Shown here: positions 10,647-24,238 of the stretch, in pieces
How positions within the stretch are numbered: position 1 is the first letter of the stretch
How the letters are laid out: each line of letters starts with the position of its first letter
Source of the DNA: Craspedostauros australis
Lineage: Eukaryota
DNA length: 61,086 bases
Direction: 5' to 3'
NCBI GenBank assembly: GCA_030167865.1
Contig: JALAGF010005890.1
Span: 1-61,086, forward strand
Translations under genes and position numbers: made by a program
The notes under the pieces: generated by a model
Database searches by the model: none
What the model saw: only the letters and a program-made list of their open reading frames with translations
Told to the model about the DNA's origin: nothing

Positions 10647-13600
10647 ATGTCAGGAGGTTTTGCACCGTTCGGGAGCCAACCGGCGCAAGGCGGTGGCTTT
10701 GGCAGCGCTGCTTCAGCTTTCGGGCAAGGTCAGGCACCGGCTCCTTCACCTGCATCCAATCCTTTTGGTGGTGGAAGTAGCAGCGGCTTCGGCGGAGGTG
10801 GATTTGGAAGCGGTGGTTTTGGTGGTGGCGGTGGCTTCGGCGGAGGCAATCCGCAGCAGCCATCACAGCCACAGCAACAGCAGCATCCAACCGGAGGAAC
10901 CACAACAATGTTTGGGACATCCAGCAACATTGTAGCTGGAAGTACGTCCGCTGCACCTGCGATGGGAGGAGGCGGCGGATTCAGTGGTGCTAGCAGCAGC
11001 AGTGGTGGTGGCGGAAATCCACGATCGTGGGGATCGTCAGACCCATCGCGAGAGCAGCAGCAGTTTCCAGGCCCCAGCACGAGCTCGGGGTTTGGAGGTC
11101 AGGCGCAGGCTGGAGGTGGCTTTGCTGGAGGATTCGGCCAAAGCTCGCGACCAACGCAAGCCAAATCAACAAGTGCCCCGCCGAACAATCCATTCGGTTC
11201 CAGCAGCAGCAGCAGCAAGCCATCCAACCAACCTAGCAGCAGCGATGGCGGCCCATTTGGAGGTGGTAGCGGCGGCGGTGGATTTGGCACTTCGAGTGGC
11301 GGGGGTGTAAGCAGTGGTGGAGGTGGAATGGGAGCAGGGGCACCATCGTCCATGGCATTTGGCGCCAGCTCCAATATTGTCCAAGGTTCTGCCGGGGGTG
11401 CGCAGACAGCGGGATCGTCGTCATGGGGGCAGCCATCCGCAGGAGGGTTTGGTGCCAGTGAAGCCGGAACGAACAGTAGCACCGCCGGTGGCGGCGGTTT
11501 CGCAACACCATTCGGTCAGCCCCAGCCAAAGTCGGCGTCGCCATCAAGGCCATCTTCGTTTCCACCAGCAGCCAATTCATCACCCTTTGCATCTGCGTCA
11601 TCCAGCAGTCAAAACAACGGTCATTCGAATCAGTCAGGCCACCACGGCAATTTGGAGTGGACGAAGGGCAGCTCGAGCAGCAGGAACAACGATGCAAGCA
11701 GACGGTCCAATCGAAGTCCCACACCAGGCGGATCGCAGGACCACAGACTCACGGAGATCAACACAGACCTTGAGGGACTCAAACGCAAGCTCAAAGAGAA
11801 GCAGAGGAAGAAGATGGAAAGAGAAAGGCAGAGACAGCAAGGTGGGAATGTCTCATCTCCGAATTCCAGATCGACCTCGCCTGTCCCTCAGCCAGCAGCA
11901 TTCACTGGCGGAAACGCCAAGGGCCGCGACAAGGGACGGCATGTGCACTTCGACAACTCGGCTGCCGCATTGAACGCGCGGAGTGCTAGATTCTCTTCCT
12001 CCGCAATGCCGCAGCCGGCGAGCACCAATGGATCATCCTCCGGGAGATCCGCAGCATCCAAGTCGCAACCTGAACAAGGGGGAATCCCGGGGGCCATGGG
12101 TGGGACTCGCACCAAGCGTGAAGAGTTGGGAAGTGCGACAGCGTTGGTCGGCACATGCATGGAGATGTGCCCCGATGATGAACTCGATCGAAGGCAGCGA
12201 GAGAATGACATTCAGCAGCTGGAGATTCCGATGCCAGGCCAATTGCACCCGAAACATTGGACGATCCGAAACACCATCGTCAAGCGTTTCCGAAGATCAG
12301 CTGCGGATTACAAGCTCGATGTGCCGGAATGGGTTCGTCCACCGGATGTGCTGGAGAAGACATGCTGCTACCTCGAGGAATGGGTGATGGTATGTTCTTG
12401 GTGGACAATTGCAATCACCAAGGCTCGCGCGCATGTTACATTGTGTTTTTTATTTCGTGTCAGGACGGCGTTGCCGCATCTCATTGCATGCGCTCAACTC
12501 AAGTGCTCTTGAGTGTGCGACTGTCTCAGCAAACGTGCTCGTATGTTTGAATGCCCTACCATCACAATACTGTAACGTTCCACCTCTTTCTTTTCCTTGT
12601 TTTGTATCCCATTCTTCTTTGACTTCCACTTTCTACCTTGCTCTTCCTTCGCAACATTTCTACGGTACCACACAACCATCATCAATTACTGATCACACAC
12701 GCGTGAAAGGAGCGGGACAGACAAGGTCCAGATCCCCGCGTTCCCAGCGGGCAGGCTCCGGCATCGCTGGACGTATATCAGTTTATTTGGGATCGAACCA
12801 GAATGATCCGCAAGGATTTCACTTTGCAAAACTACATCGGCACCGGAGGCCAATGCGATGCTCGGGCAGTTCGATGCCACGAGAGAATCGCCCGCTGGCA
12901 TATCATGTGCGAGCATCAACTCAGTCACCTCGATGACTTCGTCACCATGCAGAGCCAACAAAACATCCAGGAACTTGGACAGACCATGAAAACACTGAAT
13001 CAGTTTTATGACGACACGATGAAGCGATGCACTGTGGAAGTACCAGATAAGGCTGGCAACGAAACGCGCAAGCAATCCGACTGGTCCTTCCAGTGCTCGT
13101 CCGACATCGTCAACGGCAACAACCCGGTCGACTACGACGGTTCATCGCTGAACAACACCATCGATGCCTCACAAGCATCCGGCAAGAACAAATGGATCTG
13201 GAAAGGTGCAGTGAATGCCGACACGCACGGCATCGCGGAGGCAGAGATGCGTGGTCTGTACATCCTCCTCACCATGAACAACGAGGGTGGCATGGAGGTG
13301 CTGAAGTACGCATCTCGTTTGTATCGTGAGCAACCACACATCTACAACTCCCGACCCATCCAGCTTGCCCTCAAGATCTTCAAGGTACGTTGTTCGTGTG
13401 GCTGATACTGCGATCATTCTGCTGTTGCTGTCATTGTGTTATTATTGGCGATAGTTTTAGGCCATGTGCATGGGCATGCGCATGTGCAGCATAGCAGAAC
13501 GAGAGAGTGAGAGAGCGAGATGAAAATTCCACATACAGCCATGCAGATAAGCAAACATACACTCACGTATTGGCATGGTATTGCCATTTGAACGACACAT

Positions 13601-16600
13601 CAACACAACGTCAAACAATGCAGGCCAAGAAAGAATTCAACTACGCGAGGTTCTTTGCATACCTGCGATCGTCGAGAACGCCGTATCTATTCGCGTGCAT
13701 CATGTACAAGCATGTCGAGTCCATGCGCAAGGTAGCATTTCGGATCATGGCTAAAACATTTGGCGCGAAAAAGAAGGACACAGGCGAGAACATCTACGAC
13801 GCGTACCCTCTGTCGAGGCTGACAGCCTTGCTCTGTTTCGAGGGGTTGGAAGAAGCGAGGCAGGCATGCCAGCACTTCAACATTTCGGTGCGACTGGTGG
13901 AGGTGTCATCTCAGAGCAGAGAGCAACGCAAGGGCAAGCTCGACGTTATCTTTTGGCGGCAGAACGAGTTCCGAGAACCGAAAGACCCAAAGAAGGGCAG
14001 CATCATGCCGCTGCGGCCGTGGAAGATGGTCAAGACCATCGAAGGCAAGCTGGGCGGCGCAACAAGGTTGGCCGTTTGTCGAGGCAGTGCAGGATTCGAG
14101 GCCGTCTCCATGACACGATCGAGCAGTTCATCCAAAACAACACCAACGAAAACAAATGTAGCGAACGCCGCGGATGACATGAAAATGCAAGAGCTGCTTC
14201 AGAAGCAACGGTTGGAGCTCAGGCGGCTCAGCTCCATCCCAGATGCTGCAATGCAGGTACCAACGAATACGGCTACTTTTGGTGGCAGTGGTGGCAACAT
14301 CAACCTCGTATCTGCCAGTGCGCCATCCCAAATGGTGATGAAGTCACCAGCCAACTCTGCACCGGCGGGTTCGCCTGCACCTGTTGCGCACCAACAACGG
14401 CAGGTCGCCATTCCGTCAGTTGCTATGAAGAATCCAACCGTAGCAAGGAACTCCACAACAGCCGCGACCCAACAAGGTTCTCCATGTCCTCCACCCCCAG
14501 GTGCATTGCAAAAGCAACAGAGCGGATTCATCGCGACTCAGCTTCCCTCAGTTCGCCAGCCGCCGCAACAGCAGGCGCCACCGAAAAAGGCTAATCGTAA
14601 ACCCCCACCAGCAGCAGCCGCAACAGTAGCAGCGACTCCTCCCAAACCAGCTGCGCCACCACAGCCATCACCGCAAGAAATAGCCCGTCGCAAGCGTATG
14701 GAGCAGGAAGCATTGAGGAAACAGGCCGAAGAGCGAGCCAAGGCACTTGAATTGCAACGACAGATGGAGAAGAAGAGGAAAGAGGAGGAGCTCCGCTTGA
14801 AACGCGAGAGAGCCAAGGCAGCTGCCATCGCTCGGCAACAGGAGGCTGAACGAAAAGAGAAAGAGAGGCTGCGTTTGGAAGCGCTCCGCAAAGAACGAGA
14901 ACAAGAGGAACGCTTCCTTCGTGGCGAAATGGAACGCAAGCAGACTGAACAGATGGAGATTGACAAGGAGCGCGAATGTACCACCGTGGCAGCGCGTCGC
15001 TTGTTGGCGTGGCGTCAATGGAAGCATCATGTTGCTGCTTTGACCGACCATCAGGATCTCCCGCAAGACATGGATATATCGACGGGGATGGAGTCTCCCA
15101 CGAAGTTGGCATCGCCCCGGTTGAATTCCTACTTGCACACGACATTCCAGGAGTCACGAAAGCATGGAAGCGGTCGCAACGAGCTCGTTGGAGGCAGAAA
15201 TAACAGCAGCCACAGCCAAGCCATTGTGCCAAGATCTCCAACAGTCCAGAGCGTCCTGGAGGAGCTGGTGAAGCAGGATCCGCACGAGATCGATCCAACG
15301 AGCGGCTGGTTGTACCACTTCGCGTCGAACCACTTCGGCGGGCGCAAATCGACGTTTCTGGTCAAGTTGGGACTCGTGCTTCCGCGGCCACAGAATCATG
15401 TCCAGGAGAGCATGCTGAGCTTGACTAGGATGTGGCTGGAGTCCCGATTCCAGCCCGAGATGATACAGTCGCGAGTGGCATCGAACGTTGAGATTCGATC
15501 TCACGTGGTGATCTGCGACGAGTCAAACGTGGATGAGGATTGCAATATCCTGGTGGTCATCGTGCTACCTCCATGTGACGACTCTTCCTCAGACCAATTC
15601 CGTGTCAGCAAACGCATTGCCAGCTTGCCTTCGATGGTGGCATTGCGGTACCTGATGCTGACAGAAGATATCCTGCCGAGGGAGGGTGCCGCAGCTGCAG
15701 CCGAAGTCACGCGCAATGCAGGCCTCACACCAAGCTATTTCGACGAGGCTCTGTCGGACGCAGCATCCATGCTGTTTCGGGAATACATGACGAACCCGCA
15801 TCAGGTGGAAGTACGACGGTGCAGCGAGATCGTGGCCGCGTCTCTTCGCGGCATCACATGGAAGTATTCCTCCAGCAAGGACATGAATGAAGATCAGGCT
15901 CTTCTCGGCACGGTCCGAAAGGTGCTGGACAAGCTCTCTACGCAAATCAAACAGGTGGCTGCCGTGCAGCAGCGCACCTACGTGGCGTGGCCAGCTCGTG
16001 CATTCATGTCCAACAACAACCAAGTGGAGGATTATTTTGGGAACGACAAGCATCTGCCTTCGGCATGGATGGAGACGACGAGATATGAAACCTTGGAGGT
16101 GGATGTGCGGCAGATGATGGAAGTGTTCAAATTGCCCTTCTGCAAGGTGGTGTTGAAGTTGCTGGAGACGTCGGGGATGTACTTCAAGATTCAATGTGAC
16201 GATCTCTTGCGCTTCGGGAACTACCGCAAGTGCCTCGACACTGCTCTGGCGGGGTATCTGCAGGGCGGGCACGTCCAGAAATCGAACCATGGTGTGGCAT
16301 ACTTGCCAACCTCGCAGTTCCGGCACCTGATCGACTCCGCAGTGTCGCAAGTCGTTGCTGAAGATTCGGCGATGCAGAGCAAAGCCATCGGGTTTGGAGG
16401 AGATCTGCCAAAACCAGCACCACGCATGGGAACGTACTATGGGCTGCGTGACGACGACGACGACGACGATGATGACGACGACAGAGAAGCTGAAAACAAT
16501 GACGAGAAGAAGAACAAGCCAGACGACAGATCAGCTGTGGCTACAACTGCAATCAACGGCCAAAGCACTGCAGCAACTATTGAGTCCAAGAAAAGATCCG

Positions 16601-16782
16601 CAACATCGGCGTACGACTCCGAATATTCAAATGAGCAACGGCAACCCAACGGAGACCAATCCAAGCGCTTCAAGCAACCCAGGGTCGACCCGTACTCGGA
16701 ACGATGCATCTCGGAGAGCGCGCAATTCACCCTGCAGCTCAAGAAGTACTTGGAAGGAGAAGGCTCGACCCCAATGTTCTAG
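10647..16782 (+). CDS. SAC3/GANP family mRNA-export factor; exons 10647-12389, 12710-13384, 13624-16782
   Basis: LVGTCMEMCP, VKRFRRSAA, VRPPDVLEKT, YQFIWDRTRMIRKDFTLQ, HERIARWHI, EAEMRGLYILL, NYARFF; FG-rich N-terminus; in-frame GT-AG introns 12390-12709 and 13385-13623. Confidence 0.9.
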
Positions 16783-17028
16783 AGATTCCGGAGCCAACCG
16801 GCTTTGGGTTCGAGAGCAGCCAAGCAGAGCAAATTGAGGCGAATAGCGCTCCCAAAGTAAGCATAACGCAACATAAAGTAACCAAAACGCAAGACGAGGA
16901 GAGATCGGGATGGCAGAGCATTCAGACAACTGCCACAAAGCACGGAATGACGTTGCACTAGTGGGCGTGGATCAAAGAAAAGTTTCCGATTCTTTAGCAC
17001 GTTGCTTCAAGTGCTCTGCTCTCCTCTG

Positions 17029-17556
17029 CTACTGATCCACCCTCGGACGCTTCATCGGATTCTCCTCTGCCGACGCCGTCGTCTTCTTGAGCTTCTCGTC
17101 CTCGATCAGCTTGGTCAGCAGCTGATCGCTCTCCTTCTTGAACGTCCCCATGCACGAAATCAACGCCTTCATGTCGTTGGCATCTTCGATCGGCGGAATC
17201 AGGTCGCCATGATCATGAACTCCGGAGTACTTGTACTCGCCGGCTTGTGGCTGCGAAAGGAATGGGATGAAATGGATACGCGCGAAACATGGCAGTGAGC
17301 AACGCAATACAGTAGGGTGGACGCAGCAGCACACCAATGCAACTGAAAGCATCCATACACGGCAGATACTGTTGGAATTAGACACCGCAGCCACTCCAAT
17401 CGCTGCAATCACTGAACCGGAATTCACCTTGGTGGCAGGCGTATTGTCTGGCAACCCAACCGGCTGGATCTCCACATTGGATGCATCCAGTTGAAACTGG
17501 TGCGTCTGCGGCTCTCCCGTATCGTTCGCTATCGTGTACGTGGCCTTGATGAACAT
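17029..17556 (-). CDS. Small (~116 aa) hypothetical protein, possibly Gon7-like; exons 17556-17428, 17250-17029
   Basis: Coding-like segments flank a 177-nt in-frame GT-AG intron. N-terminal MFIKATYTI..THQF and C-terminal amphipathic helix KKESDQLLTKLIEDEK. Confidence 0.55.
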   Translation of the reverse strand: MFIKATYTIANDTGEPQTHQFQLDASNVEIQPVGLPDNTPATKVNSGSVIAAIGVAAVSNSNSICRVWMLSVALVCCCVHPTVLRCSLPCFARIHFIPFLSQPQAGEYKYSGVHDHGDLIPPIEDANDMKALISCMGTFKKESDQLLTKLIEDEKLKKTTASAEENPMKRPRVDQ

Positions 17557-18180
17557 GACTGCTGCAGTGTCGTTTGGAGTATGGTGGACGGTGAACGGAG
17601 ATGACCTTGTGGCTCTTCGGAGGAGAGAGGGCAATCGAAATCGTCTTGATCAATGTGTCACAAATGCTCCTGTTTGTGGATTCATTTCGCTTGTTTCGTT
17701 GATTCGGGAGTTCGTGGGAATACACTATTTCTATAGAAGGAAATGAATCCAGGCTAACTGCTGAACATAGTCTCATGAATGCAAACTGATTTCAGGTATC
17801 GTCAAGCCCAACCGCATGCACGTCCTTCCTCTCCAAGTCTCCACGCCGTTCCTTTCATACTTGCAGGACACATAGCCGTACGTACGTATAATAGTACTCT
17901 ACTGATATTCCTATTACTTTCACATGCACTGTGTCTCCTGCTTTTGCGCAGGCTTCTCCTCTAAATGGGTGTGGTGTCCGTCCATGCTTCTGCGGCATCC
18001 CTTCACTCCTTGCTTGTTCAAGAATCTGTCGGTTCCCATCAATTTCCTTGGGTTTCATGTCCATTCTACTCGCACATAACTGCAAGTGCAACCACACCTA
18101 CATCATCAATTCCGCGGGGGAAGGTTTCCTCTGCCGTTCCTTAAGTTCATTGATGTTCGTGTGCTCATCCATCGCTGCCT

Positions 18181-19050
18181 TCATTCCGCCACGACCTCCA
18201 GATCACCGTTCGAATACAGCGTGCACGGAATGGGCTGCGCATTGACAGGCCGGACGGATGATGAGCTGAGCAGGCTCCGAATGACGTTGAAGTGACAGAC
18301 GATGGCGATCTTCGTTTCGGTTCGATCATAATATAGCCAGCGCAGAACCCGCTTGGTGCGTTCCCGCTTCACGACGTTGGGCGACACATCGCGTGGCCAT
18401 TGGTCCGGCTTCAACGATTCCGTATCGACTGTACGGGGCTTGTCATCTTGGATGACAATGGACTCCCGCAGGTCATCGAGCACGGCCTCCGTATCGCGCG
18501 GGGTGTTCTCCGGCACGCGCGATCCGATTTCGCGCAGATCGTAGTGCAGAAGGATATCGTCGTGAGGAAATCCCAGCAAGGCAGTGTGCAAAGCGCGCGT
18601 CAGCGGGGACGAGATTACGAGATCGGGTCCCAATTCCGGAATGTGCTGCGCCTGTTCGATGCCCAACGCGGTCAATCCGCAATCGCGCAGGTTGGGATCG
18701 GTCCTGCGGTTGTGTTTGGTGACCTGCCCCTTCGATTGTCCATGGCGGATGAGCCAAACGGTCTTCGTGCTGGCGTTGGGATCGCGCGGGATGATGGGGG
18801 AACCATCGACGCGTCGTCGTTGCTTTTTGGTGGGCGTGGACAACGACGACGATGAGGATTCTGTGCTGGCAGTGCGGAGGATCATGTCGGATGTGATTTG
18901 TGTCATAACGAGGCAGGCGACGGCTGACGCCCACCACAGGCAACGAACACTGCAGCGTCGTTCTTGGATACTTTTTTGTTGTGATGTTCTTCTGCTGTGG
19001 TCTGTTGTTCGTGCGTTGACACCGATGTGCGTGTACTTCAACATGGCCAT
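18181..19050 (-). CDS. Histidine phosphatase / phosphoglycerate mutase superfamily protein
   Basis: LIRHGQS, LTALGIEQA, SSPLTRALHTA, LRE, IAIVCH. Start uncertain. Confidence 0.85.
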   Translation of the reverse strand: MAMLKYTHIGVNARTTDHSRRTSQQKSIQERRCSVRCLWWASAVACLVMTQITSDMILRTASTESSSSSLSTPTKKQRRRVDGSPIIPRDPNASTKTVWLIRHGQSKGQVTKHNRRTDPNLRDCGLTALGIEQAQHIPELGPDLVISSPLTRALHTALLGFPHDDILLHYDLREIGSRVPENTPRDTEAVLDDLRESIVIQDDKPRTVDTESLKPDQWPRDVSPNVVKRERTKRVLRWLYYDRTETKIAIVCHFNVIRSLLSSSSVRPVNAQPIPCTLYSNGDLEVVAE

Positions 19051-19394
19051 CGTGGTATCATTCACACTGACTCTATCAATACGCGTAGCGAGTAGCGAGT
19101 AGCGAGTCGAGGTCTATCCTTGTTGTGTGTATGGTATTATACTTTTAGGACACGCCTCTTGTGATTGCTGCATCCACTCTCTCGAACGAATGAACTGTGT
19201 AAGAGCATAGAGCAGGGTCAGTGTGGCCCTCCTCTGCGAGTACGGGTGCGAGTACAAGATGGGAACAGTGTAGTCGTTTCCCTGTTTCGACAACTCGTGC
19301 GAGCGAGAAATTCACAAGCTCTGGTCTGCTCTGTGGGCCAGAACCCGTACATACGAGCTACTCGTGCACATGTAGAATGCTGTAACTGGAATTT

Positions 19395-22300
19395 TTATAT
19401 GTGCGCCATCGATTCTGTTTCTTGCCCCTTCTTCCGCCTGCTGCTGGACTTCTTGGAGTTGCCCTTGCGTCCGTCGACAGCGTCGCCATCGATATTCAAC
19501 TTCTTCACATCGACAGGTCGGCTGATCACGGCGGGCGGCGGGGTCGTGCTGTCGGAGACGCCGTGGAAGGTCTCCCAAGTTTCATGCTCTTCCTCGAGCG
19601 CTTGCAGCACTTCGACCATGGCGGTGAAGTGCATGGTCTTGGGGATTAGATGCAAGACCTTCATGAGCGTCAATCGCACGTTGCTGACGCGGTCGTCCTT
19701 GTATTCCAGAGCCATCAGCAGCATGTCTTTGATCAGTATCTGTTTGAGGTGCTTGACTTCGGCGCTCGAGAGACTTTGGTACGGTATGGAGGTGGTCTGC
19801 GATGACTTTTTGCCGCTGCCGGATGTGGTCAGCATGGATTGGAATTTGTTGGTCAAGTCGCTGACGAGGTCGTTCGGCTTCACGCTGCCTTCGCCGAAAC
19901 GGATGGCCAATGCCACCGTGCCGCAAATCTGAATGTACAGCTGCCGATCATTGAAGTTGGTCTTACCGCTGCGCGTGGGTGTGATGTTGAGCAGCTTCTC
20001 CTTGAGCCATGCAATGACCTCTTGGCACGCCGATGCCGTCCACTTGGGATCGACCTTGCCGCTGTCCGACACCTTTTCGAATGCCTTCACCGTGTGGCTG
20101 CAGAAGGACCGCAGGAGCATGGGGATGGCCCAGATGGCATCCTCGCGCACCACGCTGATGGAGTCGGACAGCAACGACTTGACCAGCGGCCACAGATGCG
20201 TGTACACGAACAAGGGGTCCACCATGCCGATGAGCCCCGGCATACTTCTGGAGACGTAATCGCGCTGTCTCCAATTTAGCACGAACGGGTTTGTCGCACT
20301 TCGTTTCACCGCGCCGAGAATCTCATCACCCTTGAGCGTCTCGCACCATTTGAGCAGGTACTGACTCCGGTAGGAGTGCTTCAGGAGCGACAACAGCGTC
20401 GGGAAGTTGCGGATCATGTTGAGCCTGACGGATTCATCCGTGTCCTTCAGGAAGTGACCGAGGAAGATCGGCATGACATCTGCTGCGGCGATTTCCGGAC
20501 CAAGGACATGCGCCACGGTGTGCAAACTGGAGGCCAAACAACGCTTGACGGGGAGCGGCGGGACAGCAGCTTCCTTCTCATTCTCCGTCCCGTGGTTGGG
20601 ATTGAGCAATCGGATGAAGCAGTCCTTTAGATCGCCCTCCCAATTTTCTGGTCCCAGCAGCAAGACCACCGCAGGGTAAGAGTATGCGCAGTACACTCTC
20701 ATCTCGGCATCGGTGTTGTTGTCCCCCGTGCTGACACGCGCTAGCCCCACGAAATGGCCCAGCAACGAGGCCTTGATCGCTTCGATGTCCCGCGGATCCG
20801 GCGCGTGCTTTCTGCGATGCGCGACCACCGCCTCCAGCGAGACGGTCGAGGCGCGGTTGGTGGTGATGAACAATGGCAAGGCCTGACGCAGCCTGTCCTC
20901 TTCCGAAATCTCCGGCTCCTGCTGTCCGTTGGTGGCGATGGTTGGGGTTGGCGAACTGGTGGTGGCTGCAGCGGACGAATTTAACCTGCTGACCATGCTG
21001 CTTGCGTGCGGGAAGAACTGCGCCACGATGCCGCTGTGGTTGCTCCCGTCGGACTCCGAGTCTGCGGGAAGGATGTGATGCAGCGCCGAATCCACATAGG
21101 GGTAGAAGGACGCCAGGAATGGTCCCAAAAACTGCATCATACCATGACGAACGAATTTGTTGGAGTCGCCCAGCAGACTTTCGGCGATTGGCAGCAGGGC
21201 CTCGCGCCTGAGCTGGTTGACCGCGTTGAGCTTGTCTCCGTCCGTTTCCTTACCTGCCAGGATCATGAGCGAGCGGCTCATATCCACGAGACATTCGCCT
21301 GTGCTTTTGCGCACTCTGTAAACTTCGTCCTTGCTGAGCTTGATGAAGGCGGGAACGATTCTCGTCCTTGCATCCTCCAAGGTTGTGCCTCCCAGTACAC
21401 GCGGCAACGCCTGCGCGGCGGCGCGTCTGACCCTGAGACCTGGATCCTGGCATAGGGAAAGGACTGTAGGGAGAATGGAGTCGCGGACAACGTTGGTGGT
21501 GATGGCGCCGCTCTCCCCGGCCCCTCCGAGTTCCGCAAGCAGATTCGCGGCTGTGATTTTGAGCTCCTCGATGAGGGCATCCTGGTTGTGGTTCGAATTG
21601 GCGAGCCTCAGCGGTATGGGGAGGATGGCATGACCGACATCCTCCCGGCGGATGTGCAGGGCGAGGCCGGCCAGGGATTCCGATGCCGATCGTCGGACAT
21701 CGACATCTGCATCCGTGATGAGCGCATTGAGGAAGGAGACGACGTCGCTGGTAACGACAGCATATCCCTGCGGATCGTATTCCTTTCGTATGGATGGCTT
21801 TGCCTGCATCTGCTCCACCTTGTGAGGCTTGCCATGTCCCACGTTCGTGACCATGGCGACGATGCTGAGCGGCAAGAGCTGGGCCGCCAAATGCTGGCGA
21901 ATGACTGACTCTGGATCGGCCACCAGCGGTCCCAGCAACGGGACCAATGTTGCCAGTGTCGCTCGTGTTCTGCAGTGTTGTGATGCGTGATGAGGATGAA
22001 TGGGTGAGATGGAGTGGAAACTTCAAAAAATGAGGTGGTTGCATACTGCGTTGCGAACTGCGTGTGTGTGTGTGTGGATGTCTCAATGATAAGTGTCATC
22101 ATTTCAATGTGATTGTGATTCATAGCTTTGCACATCGCATTGCACATTGTATTGCACATTGCATTGTGTTCGATATGATAAGATGCAGCGGCTGTTGCAC
22201 AAACTGTTGGCAGTTCCCCATCCATCGTTCCATGTCATTGGATGCCAGTCCATCAAACAACAAGCCAACCAATGCGATAGGTGCTTTGCACGCAGCGATT

Positions 22301-22523
22301 GCCTCAGACGATGCATAACAACCAGAAATGCAACGTCGCTTGCTTACCCCACAACCTCCGCAGTCTCCGCCATCATCTTGACATGCACAAGACGCTGCAG
22401 GGCAATGCCAGAACGGCAGTACCGCACGATGCGATCGAGGAGCGGCAGATCATCGTCCACAGTCAGATCCTCGAAGCGCAGGGCGTAATCCTGATTGTCC
22501 GCTATCGCCTCGTTGGCTTCCAT
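19395..22523 (-). CDS. HEAT-repeat phosphatase scaffold, PP4 regulatory subunit 1 (PP4R1)-like; exons 22523-22348, 21969-19395
   Basis: HEAT repeats (LCQDPGLRVRRAAA, LSKDEVYRVRKS, DDRVSNVR). Motifs CAYSYPAVVLLLGPENW, VKRCLASSLHTVAHVLG and NWRQR, plus an N-terminal LPLLDRIVRYC exon, fit PP4R1. Intron 22347-21970 (GTAAGC..CAG) keeps frame. Confidence 0.8.
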
Positions 22524-23398
22524 GTTGATGCCTTGGATTCGCGATGCCTCTTCTTGTCTGTTGCTTGCTGTCTCTGATTCAGAATGCTCTGCTTCGTTCG
22601 GACTGTTGGCAAATGGTGGTGGCTTGGGGCGGCGTTGCTTGGGTTTCTATTGCCTCTTGAGGATGGCAGTGTTGGCCAAAACGGTTTGGTCTGGTTGTGT
22701 TGGTGCGAGTATTCTCCACCACCTCTACTCGTTGTTGCGTGAAGTTGTTGGGTGGGTTGTTGTTGTCGTTTTCGTGCTTTTGTGTGTGAGACTTCCGATT
22801 TTGTTTTTGAATTTTTGAGCGGCATTGGGGATCATTCGGCGCTATTTCAGTACTCTAGTAGGGTCGTAGCTCGCTAGACCACACGGTGGTAGACTTGCAG
22901 CTCTGGCTACTATTTACAACTCAGTGCACAAGTACGAGTACAGGCACTCCGTGTTTGGTTGCTATGATCATACTGCATTCCAACCCTTCTCCTCAATCTG
23001 CAAGCTGAGCATGAGCAAAGATCAACACTCAAGAGTACACGCGCGGTCACAGCGTGATGCTCTTTCTAGAATCTTGTCTCTCTCTGTCTCTCTTCGCAAA
23101 TCGTATTGTAGGTAGCTTCAATCGGTCTGTTGTCTTTAGAGGGTGATTGTTTCATTGTTTCATCCTTCTGTGTGGCCGAGTTCCTCTGCGATTGCTTACA
23201 TTTGTTTGTCGACGTGACTGTGTGGATGGTGTGGCATCAGACAAACACCATGCGCGAATTGCCGCCGCCAAACAACCAGCACACGTGCCACACACTTCGT
23301 GTGGTGTCTGGAGGAGGAGCAGAGCTCTCCAGTTGTCTTTCATGCCCATCTAACTTTGTTTGCGTGGAAACAAGCAAGCACGAAGACAAGCAAGCAGC

Positions 23399-24238
23399 TT
23401 ATTGGTATGGATTGCCAAATTCCTTGTCCATGTTTGGACTCTGTTGGAAGGCGATTTCGGCAATCAGACTTTGGTAACTGCGCGGGACATCAAATGGTGC
23501 GAGGGCGTACGAATGGTTGAATGAACGAATAGATGGGAGATAGAATGCAACGCAATCCAAATGCAATGGGATCAACAAGGGCAATTAGAAACGTGGTGGT
23601 CAACGCGACCCAATAGCACATGTGCAACTCATCCACTTCCACAGCCGAAACAAGTGTCACGAGTGCCATCAACATCACCATCACCATCAGCAACAGTGCT
23701 ATCCAAGACAAGACAAGCCTATACGACAGAGTACAGCACGATGAACTCACGCAACCTCAACCTCAGTCGGCCAAAATCCCTTGGCCTTCTTGCTTCGGAT
23801 GATCTTCACCATGTCATCCTTCTTGATGCCCAGAGGAAGCCCGCCGGTCTTGGCGACCAACGCCTTGAGCATCTTGAGATCGTCCACCAGAGCTTCGGCG
23901 TTGTTGGGCTCTGCTGTGAGCTTCTCCAGCGCGGCGGCGAATTCCCTCTTGACCATCAGCTGCTGTCGCTTGAACTCCATGGCCTTGGCTTCGTTGGCCT
24001 TGAATTCATCGGTGGGTTCGGTCAGGTACATGGGACGCGGTTCTGCGTTGGCGGCCAGCGGCGTCAGGAATGCAGCGGCCGCACCGATCGATTCCAAGAA
24101 CACGCGTCTGTCGGAGGTTGCCATCAGCTGGGTGTTGCTCGTGGTGGCAACAGTTGCCTTTGTGCTTGGCTGGAAGGCCGTGACGGATGGCGATGCCACG
24201 GCCATCATGGCGAGGGAAATGTTGATGCCGATCTTCAT
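23399..24238 (-). CDS. Nucleus-encoded thylakoid lumen protein of unknown function; exons 24238-23751, 23477-23399
   Basis: Signal peptide ending VTA-F, transit peptide, then twin-arginine signal DRRVFL..AANA. Intron 23750-23478 (GTGAGT..CAG) gives ..VEVAYQSLIAEIAFQQSPN.. Confidence 0.75.
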
